IMG/VR virus record: IMGVR_UViG_3300014204_000111
Span: 128,001 to 192,000 of that record
Reading direction: 5' to 3' (one strand)
Length of the DNA stretch: 64,000 nt
Source: a virus
Lineage: Duplodnaviria > Caudoviricetes
The translations under genes were made by a program, and so were the position numbers. Numbering within the stretch: position 1 is the first letter of the stretch; each line of letters starts with the position of its first letter. The notes beneath the pieces were generated by a model. That model was given only the letters and a program-made list of their open reading frames with translations. It did no database searches and was not told where the DNA came from. This document shows, piece after piece, positions 20,101-28,434 of the stretch.

Positions 20101-23064
20101 GTTGGAACTTTAGACCATAAAATTGCTCAAAATTTATTAGGCAAAACTTATGCAGATTTTCTTAAAGTTAAACCAATAGTATTTAAAATTCCTATGGCAA
20201 ATAGTTGGGAACCTAACGCGAACAACATGGAGTATGAAAATTTTATGAATAAATATAAGGGACAAGAACTTGTTGTTCCAACTTTAGCTTCTTTTCATAC
20301 AAATGATAATAAGGTTATCAATATTCAACCTAAAGTAAATCCATTTAGGTCAGAAAAACAAATGATGCGGACTTTAACTTCTGATAGAGAGAATGAACTT
20401 TATGGAAAAACTGGATTACATGATTTAGGTTATCATAATTTAGCTAATACTAAAATAACAGATAATGGAGTATTAACCGACCATAATTCTGTAAGACCGT
20501 TTGATTATGTACATGGTGGAGATAAAAAGATTAGTTATGATACCAAGGGGCGTTTTATAAACTCTGGTGTTATGAGAGAAGTTCATCAATCTGCATTAAA
20601 TCCAAATCATGTAGTAAAAATTCCTTATGGAAGAGATGGAGAAGAGAATAATAGGGCAGAACGTGCTAGATATTTGAAATTAAAAAAATTAGGATTAACA
20701 GGAACTGGAGATTTAGAAAAAGATTTGACTATTGATATTCATGGTTTTGACCCTGAATCAGGTAGAAGTGTTGCTGAAAAAGCATATCCTATTCCGGGTT
20801 ATTTAGCAGAGTCAATATCTAGAGATTTAAGAACTGGGGGTAAAGCTGAGAATTTCCCTGAAACACTAAAAGATAGGGTACTACAATTACGGGAAATAAC
20901 GCGCAATCCTATGAATAGAAATATAAGTGATTTACATGGAAGTAATGCAATGTTTAATTCTCCATATAAAGGAGACTTCAATAATGAAGATGAATTTGTT
21001 AATTTTGCATCAAAACATTTAGTAACTGTAGATTTCAATGCAGGACATGATGGAGATAAAAATTCTTTATCTGAATTATTAAAAACTACTAAATATGTAT
21101 ATGGAGAGTTAAATCCTAAAACTAAGGCTATTAATTGGAATTCTATTGACCCAGTTGATGCTCTACCATTTAATCAGTTTACTAAGGAAAGTCCCCGTAT
21201 ATTATTGACCAATAGGTATGGTTATATACATCCTGAAACTAAGCAAGAGCATCTTACTATTTCTTGGGTTGGAGTTCCAGAAAAAATGAGAAAAAAGGGT
21301 TTTGCTACCGCATTAGAAACTGAAGCACATAAGTTAGCCAAACAGTCTGGATATGGAGGATTGTATTCTACACATCAAAATCATCCAGAGGCTACCAATT
21401 CTATTCATCAAAAATTAGGCAAAGTTATACAAGATAAAGAAGGTGCTGAATTTTTCAATAAAAGTAGAGAATATCATTGGCCTCTTGACCCTCTTGACCC
21501 TTCTTTGCCAACTAAACAGCCAATTACGGATATTAGTGCTTTACGTCCAGAATTTGCACAAGCAATTACAGAATTATTTAAACAAGCTAAACAACACGGA
21601 TATGATTTATATATTAGAGAAACATTTAGAACTAGACCTCGCCAAGATGAACTAAATAAGGAATGGCATGCTGGTCAAACTGGTTATGCACCTGATATTT
21701 ATGATGAACGTGGTAATTTAAATATTGATGATGCTAATTTTGCTCATGGACAAGGATTAGCTGCTGACATAGGAATTAAAGGATATGAAGAGAATGAAAC
21801 ACCTATTCACCATCAATTACATAAATTGCTTTTTAATATTAATCCTCAAATTATATCAGATAAGGTAATCCAGGGCGATGAAAATCATTATGAAGCATCA
21901 GACCAATATAGACAAAGTGTTGAAGTAGATTTAACTAAATCTCCATTTTATACTGAATATGTAAAGCGTTATGCTAATCCTACTCCGCAAGAATTGGATA
22001 AACCAGGAACTCAATTGCCAGAACAAAGTATGTTAAAAAGTATATTCGAAGCATTTGGTGTCGTTAAGGCTCTTTATTCTGGCCCAGACGATTCTTATGC
22101 ATATAGAGAAGGAGAAAATCCTCATCTAGATAATTCAAGAGCAACACTAGAAGCTATTAAAAATACTAAACTAGGTAAAAGAAGTAATTTTACAATTAAA
22201 AAACAATCAACATCTCCTCAAGTGTCGTTATCTCAATCTCCAGTTGTAACTCAACCAAGCCCTACTTTGTCTCAAGTAAATTTTACGTCACCTCAGAAAA
22301 TAGCTCCTCAATTATCACCTGATTTAGCTAAAGTTGCCACTGGATATAGTGATATATTAAGTAAATTAAGAGAACAACCAACTAGAAGTATGCCTCGACA
22401 AACAGATACATCAGGTGGATATGAATCTCCTATTCTTCCTAAACCTTCTCAGTTAGGTATGAGTGTACCTATGAGTCAATCTAAATTAAGAGATACTGGT
22501 CAAGGTTATACAGATAAACCTGGGGATAGAAGTCCAATTGTTCATCAATTAGGACAGAATCTTTTTGGAGAGACAGAATCTCAACCTAAAAATCTTAATT
22601 TATTCGGAGAATCATTTCCAGAGATACCTTCAACTCAAGAAACACAACCTAATGTTGGTTCTTTATTTGATGCTTCTTCACCATCTTTATTTGACTCTAA
22701 TACTATTCAAAATATGAGATATGGAGAAGCTGATATTCAATTAAAGAGAGAGAAAGAACAAGAAGCTATAAGACAAGCTCAACTTGAAGAACAAAAACAA
22801 CAAGAACTTCAAAGTAGACAAGCTCAAATACAATCAATTTTTAATAAAAATCCTCGTGATGTTGGAGGATTTGCCTATGATAAACTTAAAGAAGAGAATA
22901 AATTAGGTGGATTTGGAGGTATTTTAGCTCAAATAGCTGATAAAATTATTGGCCCTGCAACAGCTCCTCTTGGTGGCTTCAGCTTCGAAGAACAAAGAGC
23001 TAAAAATATGCTTGCTCAAGAAAAAAGAAATTTAGCAAATGAAATTAAAAAACGTCAAATATAG
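17182..23064 (+). CDS. multi-enzyme polyprotein: GNAT, 5 kinase-fold modules, GNAT, M15 peptidase, low-complexity tail
   Basis: GAGGA RBS before ATG 17182; GNAT motif A (LRNQGFAT, MRKKGFAT); kinase motifs (GEG..VVY, VAK, DIHPGN, ID); M15 motifs (R-R-RQ, HGQGLAAD, DENH). Confidence 0.75.
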   Translation: MTPEELIAARQSVLDSLQTFRKENNLSPVLDPRGETPETRNTHNIQNIYQQTRYGQEYRHPDNPFFPPANEEDFGHGGFAPALTPEEEEKININDTSETDLPNNNSNFLFPQESVNPEINKKWNEYQNNIKTSNIAKIHRLNKKPYEHPDETMYLGGENWSHGGIKDFIQPLDEGISSLFDKITFSRDNIERNKAITEKSPRFNSKKLMPETANAWSNFITSLKIPHGGDNNINLKELLKETGYVHGQLNPETKEISWNAIPEKKAWTHSDLTREIPGIVLGGIQGIVHPKTKKEHLNISWVGTPEHLRNQGFATTLETEAHKLAKQSGYGGLYSDEQLHPEFTKPIHQKLGKPYTHWGKEEYFGHGGMKEDYTHVGNYIGEVFKQHPDRNIAITRLKDEGVISGNPSSGKDKQVYSLNTFLHPETGDIQRFRGGVLKVVHPNQGRYAQDAMLEEVTSSQLYPNVTVPVHAYDNHNYNWAIADKVKPLISGSREYIFGQDPDMTSSQKYDANRRIEEGQSKLEDYLNRSSPEFLQEISKIGVKPAETEWAANWGITPVRNEQGNVVRDPRTKRTLKKLVLLDSSRAGLNKAVPTPEEMMNTMYGQTFEKLQELQLIGKKPLGEGMRRVVYPTANPGIVAKRAKISPSGKAHVGMNNNGDERNKYLTLKNQGLDKHVAEVYGLVPIKDNNILLQERVRPIDMGIKDDDKIYEKYNKLISPDMQDFFTNRLGINDIHPGNMGIKKDKETGEKYPVAIDIPNNMGHGGEKYVGRDYDKVLEWLENTPRDEVTAQLKPLGSGRHRAVYAFPNKFAKEQFGDIYPEIVYKDPVAYQGTPANEREMRNWQQLKEQGKAELAAPVVAQARLKGGYRVGILQRRINPFHGDKAFGQNTPWERDEEFTNAGLKDRVGFNFGLTRVMPDGSLGQKRTVQHDIAGALNKAINDYDEVGNLIRNSKLEQFSSMLKFMGREGKDRRVGTLDHKIAQNLLGKTYADFLKVKPIVFKIPMANSWEPNANNMEYENFMNKYKGQELVVPTLASFHTNDNKVINIQPKVNPFRSEKQMMRTLTSDRENELYGKTGLHDLGYHNLANTKITDNGVLTDHNSVRPFDYVHGGDKKISYDTKGRFINSGVMREVHQSALNPNHVVKIPYGRDGEENNRAERARYLKLKKLGLTGTGDLEKDLTIDIHGFDPESGRSVAEKAYPIPGYLAESISRDLRTGGKAENFPETLKDRVLQLREITRNPMNRNISDLHGSNAMFNSPYKGDFNNEDEFVNFASKHLVTVDFNAGHDGDKNSLSELLKTTKYVYGELNPKTKAINWNSIDPVDALPFNQFTKESPRILLTNRYGYIHPETKQEHLTISWVGVPEKMRKKGFATALETEAHKLAKQSGYGGLYSTHQNHPEATNSIHQKLGKVIQDKEGAEFFNKSREYHWPLDPLDPSLPTKQPITDISALRPEFAQAITELFKQAKQHGYDLYIRETFRTRPRQDELNKEWHAGQTGYAPDIYDERGNLNIDDANFAHGQGLAADIGIKGYEENETPIHHQLHKLLFNINPQIISDKVIQGDENHYEASDQYRQSVEVDLTKSPFYTEYVKRYANPTPQELDKPGTQLPEQSMLKSIFEAFGVVKALYSGPDDSYAYREGENPHLDNSRATLEAIKNTKLGKRSNFTIKKQSTSPQVSLSQSPVVTQPSPTLSQVNFTSPQKIAPQLSPDLAKVATGYSDILSKLREQPTRSMPRQTDTSGGYESPILPKPSQLGMSVPMSQSKLRDTGQGYTDKPGDRSPIVHQLGQNLFGETESQPKNLNLFGESFPEIPSTQETQPNVGSLFDASSPSLFDSNTIQNMRYGEADIQLKREKEQEAIRQAQLEEQKQQELQSRQAQIQSIFNKNPRDVGGFAYDKLKEENKLGGFGGILAQIADKIIGPATAPLGGFSFEEQRAKNMLAQEKRNLANEIKKRQI
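17872..21423 (+). repeat. intragenic duplication of the GNAT module (about 17872-18240 and 21064-21423)
   Basis: shared strings such as LETEAHKLAKQSGYGGLYS, ISWVG-PE and IHQKLGK. Confidence 0.9.
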
Positions 23065-24529
23065 TATCAGAAACATGAAATGTAGATAGACAGAGAGACG
23101 ATACAATATCATCGAATCCTGTTCTTGGCTTATATTTAATATTACCACTATCTGTTGTTTCCGCTCTATAACCCTTGAGTTCTTTTTTTATCTCTGGAAT
23201 ATCCCATAATGCTAAAGCTTCTGAAGCTAATTTGACTCTTAATTTTTCAATCATTTCATTTTTATTTTGATTAGTAAATTTGAGACCTTTAATTACTATT
23301 GATACACCATATTTATCTTTTAATCTTTTAGCTACTTCTCTTGGAACAGATGAACCTTCTCCAGTTGCGTCTATAATTACTTTTAATTTTCTTTTACCAT
23401 TATGTTGTCTAAATATAAAATCAGTAATTCTCTCTATATTCTCATCGTCTCCAACTTGAGTATATCTTTGGAATCCTACCATTTTATAATCCCCAGTTAA
23501 TGCTGTACAAACTGTATAGTCATGTAATCTAGCATAGTCAATACCAATGGTAATTTCTTCGTTCGGAGCTGGGGTATAAAATTGACTTTTTGTTTCTCCG
23601 TATTCTATCCCCTTTTTGAACTCTACAGGAAACCAAATATCCTCATTAAACGAAAATACATCTCCCGCGATAGTATCAAACTTAGCTTCGTACTCTCTTG
23701 CAAAAATAGCTCTCGAATATGGAGTTCCTGTAGATTCGGCCTTTCTTTTCTCTTCATAATACTCAGAGATATCAGCAAAAGGATTCTCTAGAATATGCAT
23801 TCTAAATCCTCTCGCTCTTAATCTTGCTATCTTACTTGCTGCTTGATATGCTGTAATATCTCCAGACTTAAACATCTCTCTAATCTTATGTTCATCTTCT
23901 TCTGCTAATTGAAATCTCTCTGCAAAAAAGTTTATCTCTCTCGGAGAACTAATAGCAAACAATCTTCCCATATTATTTTCACGGGCAAGAGATGGTTTGA
24001 TTAAGTTAAAAGCGTCATCTTTAAGAATTGCAGCTTCGTCTATAACTACTAAATCAGCACTTTTACCAATTAAAGAGTCAGGATTATCTCCAGATAAACA
24101 AGTTAAAGTACTATGTTCAGAACCCATAGATGTACTTAAATGCATATCTTGTCTTGTATTTGAGCCAGAAACTTTGATGCTACGCAAGAAGTCACTTTTA
24201 ACAAAAGCAGTCCAAACTGTATCAAAAACAATTTTGGCTAACTGGTAAAAAGGAGCTACTAAAAATATCTTTCTGTTAGGTAAACAAAGTTCTTCTAATA
24301 CTCTTATAGCAGCAGTTTGAGATTTACCACTTCCACGAGAAGCAGTAATATACATTTCTTTTGCAGGACACATAAGAAGTTTTGTTTGTTTGTCAAATGG
24401 CACGTATTCTTCGCCAAATGACTCCCACAACTTCATCCTGTCCTCTCCTAGCCCTAAAGCTTCATCTCTATCTGTTAGTGGTGTTTTGTTTAAAAGTGCT
24501 CTAGGATTACTCGTCAGTGTGTTCTTCAA
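23045..24529 (-). CDS. terL: terminase large subunit
   Basis: Walker A ASRGSGKS, Walker B VVIDEAA, FAREYEAKF, nuclease IGIDYAR..D, DATGEG, DDIVSS. Confidence 0.93.
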   Translation of the reverse strand: MKNTLTSNPRALLNKTPLTDRDEALGLGEDRMKLWESFGEEYVPFDKQTKLLMCPAKEMYITASRGSGKSQTAAIRVLEELCLPNRKIFLVAPFYQLAKIVFDTVWTAFVKSDFLRSIKVSGSNTRQDMHLSTSMGSEHSTLTCLSGDNPDSLIGKSADLVVIDEAAILKDDAFNLIKPSLARENNMGRLFAISSPREINFFAERFQLAEEDEHKIREMFKSGDITAYQAASKIARLRARGFRMHILENPFADISEYYEEKRKAESTGTPYSRAIFAREYEAKFDTIAGDVFSFNEDIWFPVEFKKGIEYGETKSQFYTPAPNEEITIGIDYARLHDYTVCTALTGDYKMVGFQRYTQVGDDENIERITDFIFRQHNGKRKLKVIIDATGEGSSVPREVAKRLKDKYGVSIVIKGLKFTNQNKNEMIEKLRVKLASEALALWDIPEIKKELKGYRAETTDSGNIKYKPRTGFDDIVSSLCLSTFHVSDTIFDVF

Positions 24530-25238
24530 CTAATTCTTCCTCTAATATTAATTCATCTAATATTCCAGATTCAAAGAAAGTTATATCAATTTCTTGATTT
24601 TCTTCACTGTTAATATCTGTATTACTATCTATTTCTGCTTCATAACCTTCTTGGTTAACATCAAAATTATTTCTAAACTTTTCTCTTAAATTTTTATTAA
24701 GAGAGTCCATATATTTTAATTGTCCACTCTTTTGATGTTGTACAAGAATAGTTTTATCTTGTTTAAAACCATGTAATTCACTCTGAGAACCAATTGATTG
24801 TAAAACTACTTGTTTACATTTACTTACTACACCAAAAAATTTGTCTATAGGTAATGCAAGAACTTCTTTTTGCTCAAAAGGCAAAGAATCGTATATAGCT
24901 CCCTCTTTTAGTCTCTTTATTCCTTCTGCTCTAGTTCCTAATAAATATTCTATAGTAGCCCATTCCGAAGAGGCAACAGCTTCTGCTCTAGATAAAAGAA
25001 TTTGTCTTTGGTCAACACTTTCCTTCATTGTAGCTTCTTTTGAAGTTAACTCTAACGCTGCTTTATAATATCTTTTAACTTTGTTATAATCCCATTTAAT
25101 ATTTTTAGATTCTAAATTTTTTTGAATTTCAATAATACTACTGCAACCGTGAGAAATTGCGTCTACAATGAGACGAATATTCTTAGAAGTCTCTTCAATT
25201 GAAGGATTTCTGCTAACTAATTGGTTATTATCACTCAT
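24507..25238 (-). CDS. probable terminase small subunit
   Basis: directly upstream of terL, N-terminal HTH-like helices, acidic C-terminus. Confidence 0.55.
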   Translation of the reverse strand: MSDNNQLVSRNPSIEETSKNIRLIVDAISHGCSSIIEIQKNLESKNIKWDYNKVKRYYKAALELTSKEATMKESVDQRQILLSRAEAVASSEWATIEYLLGTRAEGIKRLKEGAIYDSLPFEQKEVLALPIDKFFGVVSKCKQVVLQSIGSQSELHGFKQDKTILVQHQKSGQLKYMDSLNKNLREKFRNNFDVNQEGYEAEIDSNTDINSEENQEIDITFFESGILDELILEEELVEEHTDE

Positions 25239-25280
25239 AAACTTATGTTACCCACTTAGAAAGGGTAAGATATGATGTTG
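25236..25280. promoter_or_regulatory. back-to-back divergent promoters (minus GGG-TAACAT-N6-ATG; plus GGG-TAAGAT)
   Basis: motifs at 25245-25253 (-) and 25263-25271 (+). Confidence 0.7.
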
Positions 25281-25344
25281 ATAATAAACTTACTTACGAG
25301 ACAACAAGAATTGTTAACAAAAAATACGATGGAGCTAGCATTAA

Positions 25345-28197
25345 ATGAGAAATTTTAACATCTTAGACATTTTTAAACTAGATTATATATCTGACCGTAA
25401 ATTACGTCAAATGGATAAGGTCATTAGGACTCCCGTTAAAACACGTTCATTAACAACAGAGTTTAGACCTCACGACCGAGACCGTGGGCAGGAAATATCT
25501 GGAGAATATTCATTTCAAATACCTTTTAGACAACAAAAACAGTTATATCAAAGAAATCCGTGGGTTAAGCGTTGTATTGACCATATTTCTTCTGCTGCTG
25601 CTGGATTAAATTGGCATATTATACCAAAAGAAAAATACAGAGAAGAAATGGAAACTGACCAACATATGCAAACAGCTAAGGTATTGGCAGAAGAATTGTT
25701 TAATCGCCCAAATACTTTTAAACAATCATTTAGCGACTTAATTAAAATGATTGTTAGAGATGTTAAAATTATGGATGCTGCTGCGATTGAGAAAGGGAGA
25801 GATTCATTTGGAAGATTAATTACTCTTAAGGTAATTGATGCTTCTACACTTAAAATTGATATTGATGAACGAGGACAAATAATAAAATACGTACAAGAAT
25901 TTAGAGGTAATCAACTTCATGGTATGTATACTATTCCTAATGAACTAGCAAATGCGAGAGACCCACATGGAAGTAGAGGAATTGATTTTGACCCTACTGA
26001 AGTAATATATCTTAGGCTTAATCCTCGCTCAGAAGGGCCATATGGTTCTTCTCCTATAGCATCTTTAGTAGAAGCAATTTATGCTGATTTAGCAACTGAT
26101 ATTAATCTTTATCATTTTCTTAATACTGGTGGTGTTAATACTGGTTATATGAGTGTTGGCCCAAATATTGACAATGACCAAATTGAAAGAATCAAGATTA
26201 AGTTTCGTCGCTCTTTATCTCCTGGTATGAGATATGAATTTCCTATTATATCATCAGAAGATGAAGTTAAATGGGAATCAATGCAAGTTACTAATGTTGA
26301 AGCACAAATGGCTGAATTACAAGGAGAACTAAGAAATAAAATTTTAGCAGTTCTTTCTATTCCACCTAATGAATTAGGTTTATCTGGAAATACTAGAGGT
26401 CAAGTTTATAGTCAGCAAGATGTGTTCTGGGGTAATGCTATTATTCCTATGATGAAATCTATTGCTGAAAAATTTACAAATGAAATTTTAGCGGAATTTG
26501 ACGATAGATTAATGTTTGAATTTTTACCTCCTTCTGAGTATCAATATGAAGCAATTATGGCTAGAATTACAACTCTTGAACAAGAAGGACTAATTGAAGA
26601 TGATTTAAAGTATCAATGGTTAGGCTTAACTCCTCCAAAAGAACCCACTTATGTTCAAAAGAAAAAAGAACTAGAACTTAGAAAATTAGCTGTTGATGTC
26701 TATATGGTAGAAATGCAAGCACTTGCTCAGTATAAGAATAAAAAATACATCTTAGATGAACCTCGTTTGCAATATCAACAATTACAAGCTGAAACTCAGC
26801 AAATGATGGGTGGAGGACAAGCCTCTCAAGGTGAATTAGACATTCAAAATGCTCAAATAGATGTTCAGAAAAAACAAATAGAGCTTGAAAAACTGAGAAT
26901 TATGTCTGACCAGAAGATGTTTCCAGATGAGATGGAACTAAAGAAACTTCAAATTCAAGCACAAATTCTTGAAGCTCAAAGCATGATGGCTCAGAATGGA
27001 AGTAGTTCAAATACTCCTCAAGCTCCATTAACAATGGGCGAAATTGTACATGGTATACAAAGTGGAGAAATAAATACACAAACTCTAGCAGTTATGATTG
27101 AAAAACATTTGGTTGACCCTGAACAGTTAAAACTCATTAATGTTGCAGATAGAACTGTCTCAGGTATAATAAAGGATGCAGAAGAAGTTGCTACTCAAAA
27201 ACAAGCTATTCAATTTAAGAAAGAAAAAATAAATATGGATAGACAAAAAGAGCAAATGAAATATCAGCAAGCTGGCGCTCAACATCAAAACAAAATGGCA
27301 GATGCTCAATTTGACCAACAAAAGATGGGAATTCAAAATCAAGGTGAGTTACAAAATGTTATTGCTCAGCAAGAATTAGCTAGAAATCAGTTAGGTATGA
27401 GACAACAACAAATGGAACAACGTGGACGCTTGCAACAGCAAAATATGCAAGCTCAACAAGCTCTTGGACAACAAAAGACCCAAGTTCAACAACAACAGTT
27501 GTCTCTTCAGCAACAGCAAATGCAACAAATGGCCCAAAATCCTCAAATGGCTCAACAAGGAATGCAACCTCAGCAACAAAATTCTGCTAATTCTCAACAA
27601 CAATTACAGGAATTAAGACAATTAACTATGAATAAATCTATTTCAGATAGATTAAATTTCTTTAAAACCTTACCTAATATTTTAGGAAATGGACAAATTA
27701 CTGATTCTAAAATAAGTGAACCTCATAAATCTAGAATAAGTCCAGATATTACTCATTTTGAGAATGATGTACATGATTTTGATTTAAGTAAACATGTAGA
27801 GAATAAAATAGAATCATTAGAATCTAGAAATCCTGCTGTGTCTATGTCTACTCCTTCTTTAATAAAAAATCAAGCTATGGGTGTTGATGTCAAAGATAAC
27901 AATCCTGTAGATATGGCTATTAAACAAATTTCCGAAGTTGGAGAAATGGATGCTATTCATCCTAATACAGGGATAAAGAGCAATCAGAATGTTTTAGGTC
28001 AACATACAACTGGAGATGGAGCGCATAGTGCAACAACTATTTCTAGTCCATCTCAAGAAGGAATTGCTGCAATTAGACCTCTTAATATAAAGAAGCCTTT
28101 ATCATTCCAAGCAACTGACCCTCAACCAGGACATGCCAAGCTTGATATAGATTCAGCGCAAAAGAAGCATAATACTAAACCAAAAAGTGAAATATAA
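25345..28197 (+). CDS. portal protein (HK97-like) with a long Q-rich C-terminal extension
   Basis: WVKRCIDHIS, LFNRPN, EVIYLR..P...YGSSPI, ILAVLSIPP..LG, AIIPM; position before protease and capsid genes. Confidence 0.88.
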   Translation: MRNFNILDIFKLDYISDRKLRQMDKVIRTPVKTRSLTTEFRPHDRDRGQEISGEYSFQIPFRQQKQLYQRNPWVKRCIDHISSAAAGLNWHIIPKEKYREEMETDQHMQTAKVLAEELFNRPNTFKQSFSDLIKMIVRDVKIMDAAAIEKGRDSFGRLITLKVIDASTLKIDIDERGQIIKYVQEFRGNQLHGMYTIPNELANARDPHGSRGIDFDPTEVIYLRLNPRSEGPYGSSPIASLVEAIYADLATDINLYHFLNTGGVNTGYMSVGPNIDNDQIERIKIKFRRSLSPGMRYEFPIISSEDEVKWESMQVTNVEAQMAELQGELRNKILAVLSIPPNELGLSGNTRGQVYSQQDVFWGNAIIPMMKSIAEKFTNEILAEFDDRLMFEFLPPSEYQYEAIMARITTLEQEGLIEDDLKYQWLGLTPPKEPTYVQKKKELELRKLAVDVYMVEMQALAQYKNKKYILDEPRLQYQQLQAETQQMMGGGQASQGELDIQNAQIDVQKKQIELEKLRIMSDQKMFPDEMELKKLQIQAQILEAQSMMAQNGSSSNTPQAPLTMGEIVHGIQSGEINTQTLAVMIEKHLVDPEQLKLINVADRTVSGIIKDAEEVATQKQAIQFKKEKINMDRQKEQMKYQQAGAQHQNKMADAQFDQQKMGIQNQGELQNVIAQQELARNQLGMRQQQMEQRGRLQQQNMQAQQALGQQKTQVQQQQLSLQQQQMQQMAQNPQMAQQGMQPQQQNSANSQQQLQELRQLTMNKSISDRLNFFKTLPNILGNGQITDSKISEPHKSRISPDITHFENDVHDFDLSKHVENKIESLESRNPAVSMSTPSLIKNQAMGVDVKDNNPVDMAIKQISEVGEMDAIHPNTGIKSNQNVLGQHTTGDGAHSATTISSPSQEGIAAIRPLNIKKPLSFQATDPQPGHAKLDIDSAQKKHNTKPKSEI

Positions 28198-28208
28198 GGA
28201 ATAAATAA

Positions 28209-28412
28209 ATGGAGAAAAGCACGGAAGAAATTTTAAAAGAAGATGATACTTCTATGGGAACTGGAGAAGTTAATCCTCATAGTCCAACTAGAAGATTTAC
28301 TTGTTTTAAAAGAAAGCAAGAATTTAATATGTCAATGCAAGTTGGCTCTTTAACTCCACCAATTTGCGGAGTTCCTGAAAATGTGCCTACAGAAGTTATT
28401 CCAAGTGAATAA
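28209..28412 (+). CDS. 67-aa protein containing a copy of a capsid N-terminal segment
   Basis: AGGA RBS; QEFNMSMQVGSLTPPICGVP versus capsid QGFNVSAQVGSLTAPIIGSP. Confidence 0.75.
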   Translation: MEKSTEEILKEDDTSMGTGEVNPHSPTRRFTCFKRKQEFNMSMQVGSLTPPICGVPENVPTEVIPSE

Positions 28413-28417
28413 AAATG

Positions 28418-28434
28418 GGGTAAAATAGGATATG
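28418..28434 (+). promoter_or_regulatory. leaderless promoter GGG-TAAAAT-N5-ATG
   Basis: recurrent motif. Confidence 0.7.

Noticed and set aside
23045-28197. Inteins in terminase or portal
   Set aside because: TerL is normal length; the extra portal length is low-complexity with no intein terminal motifs
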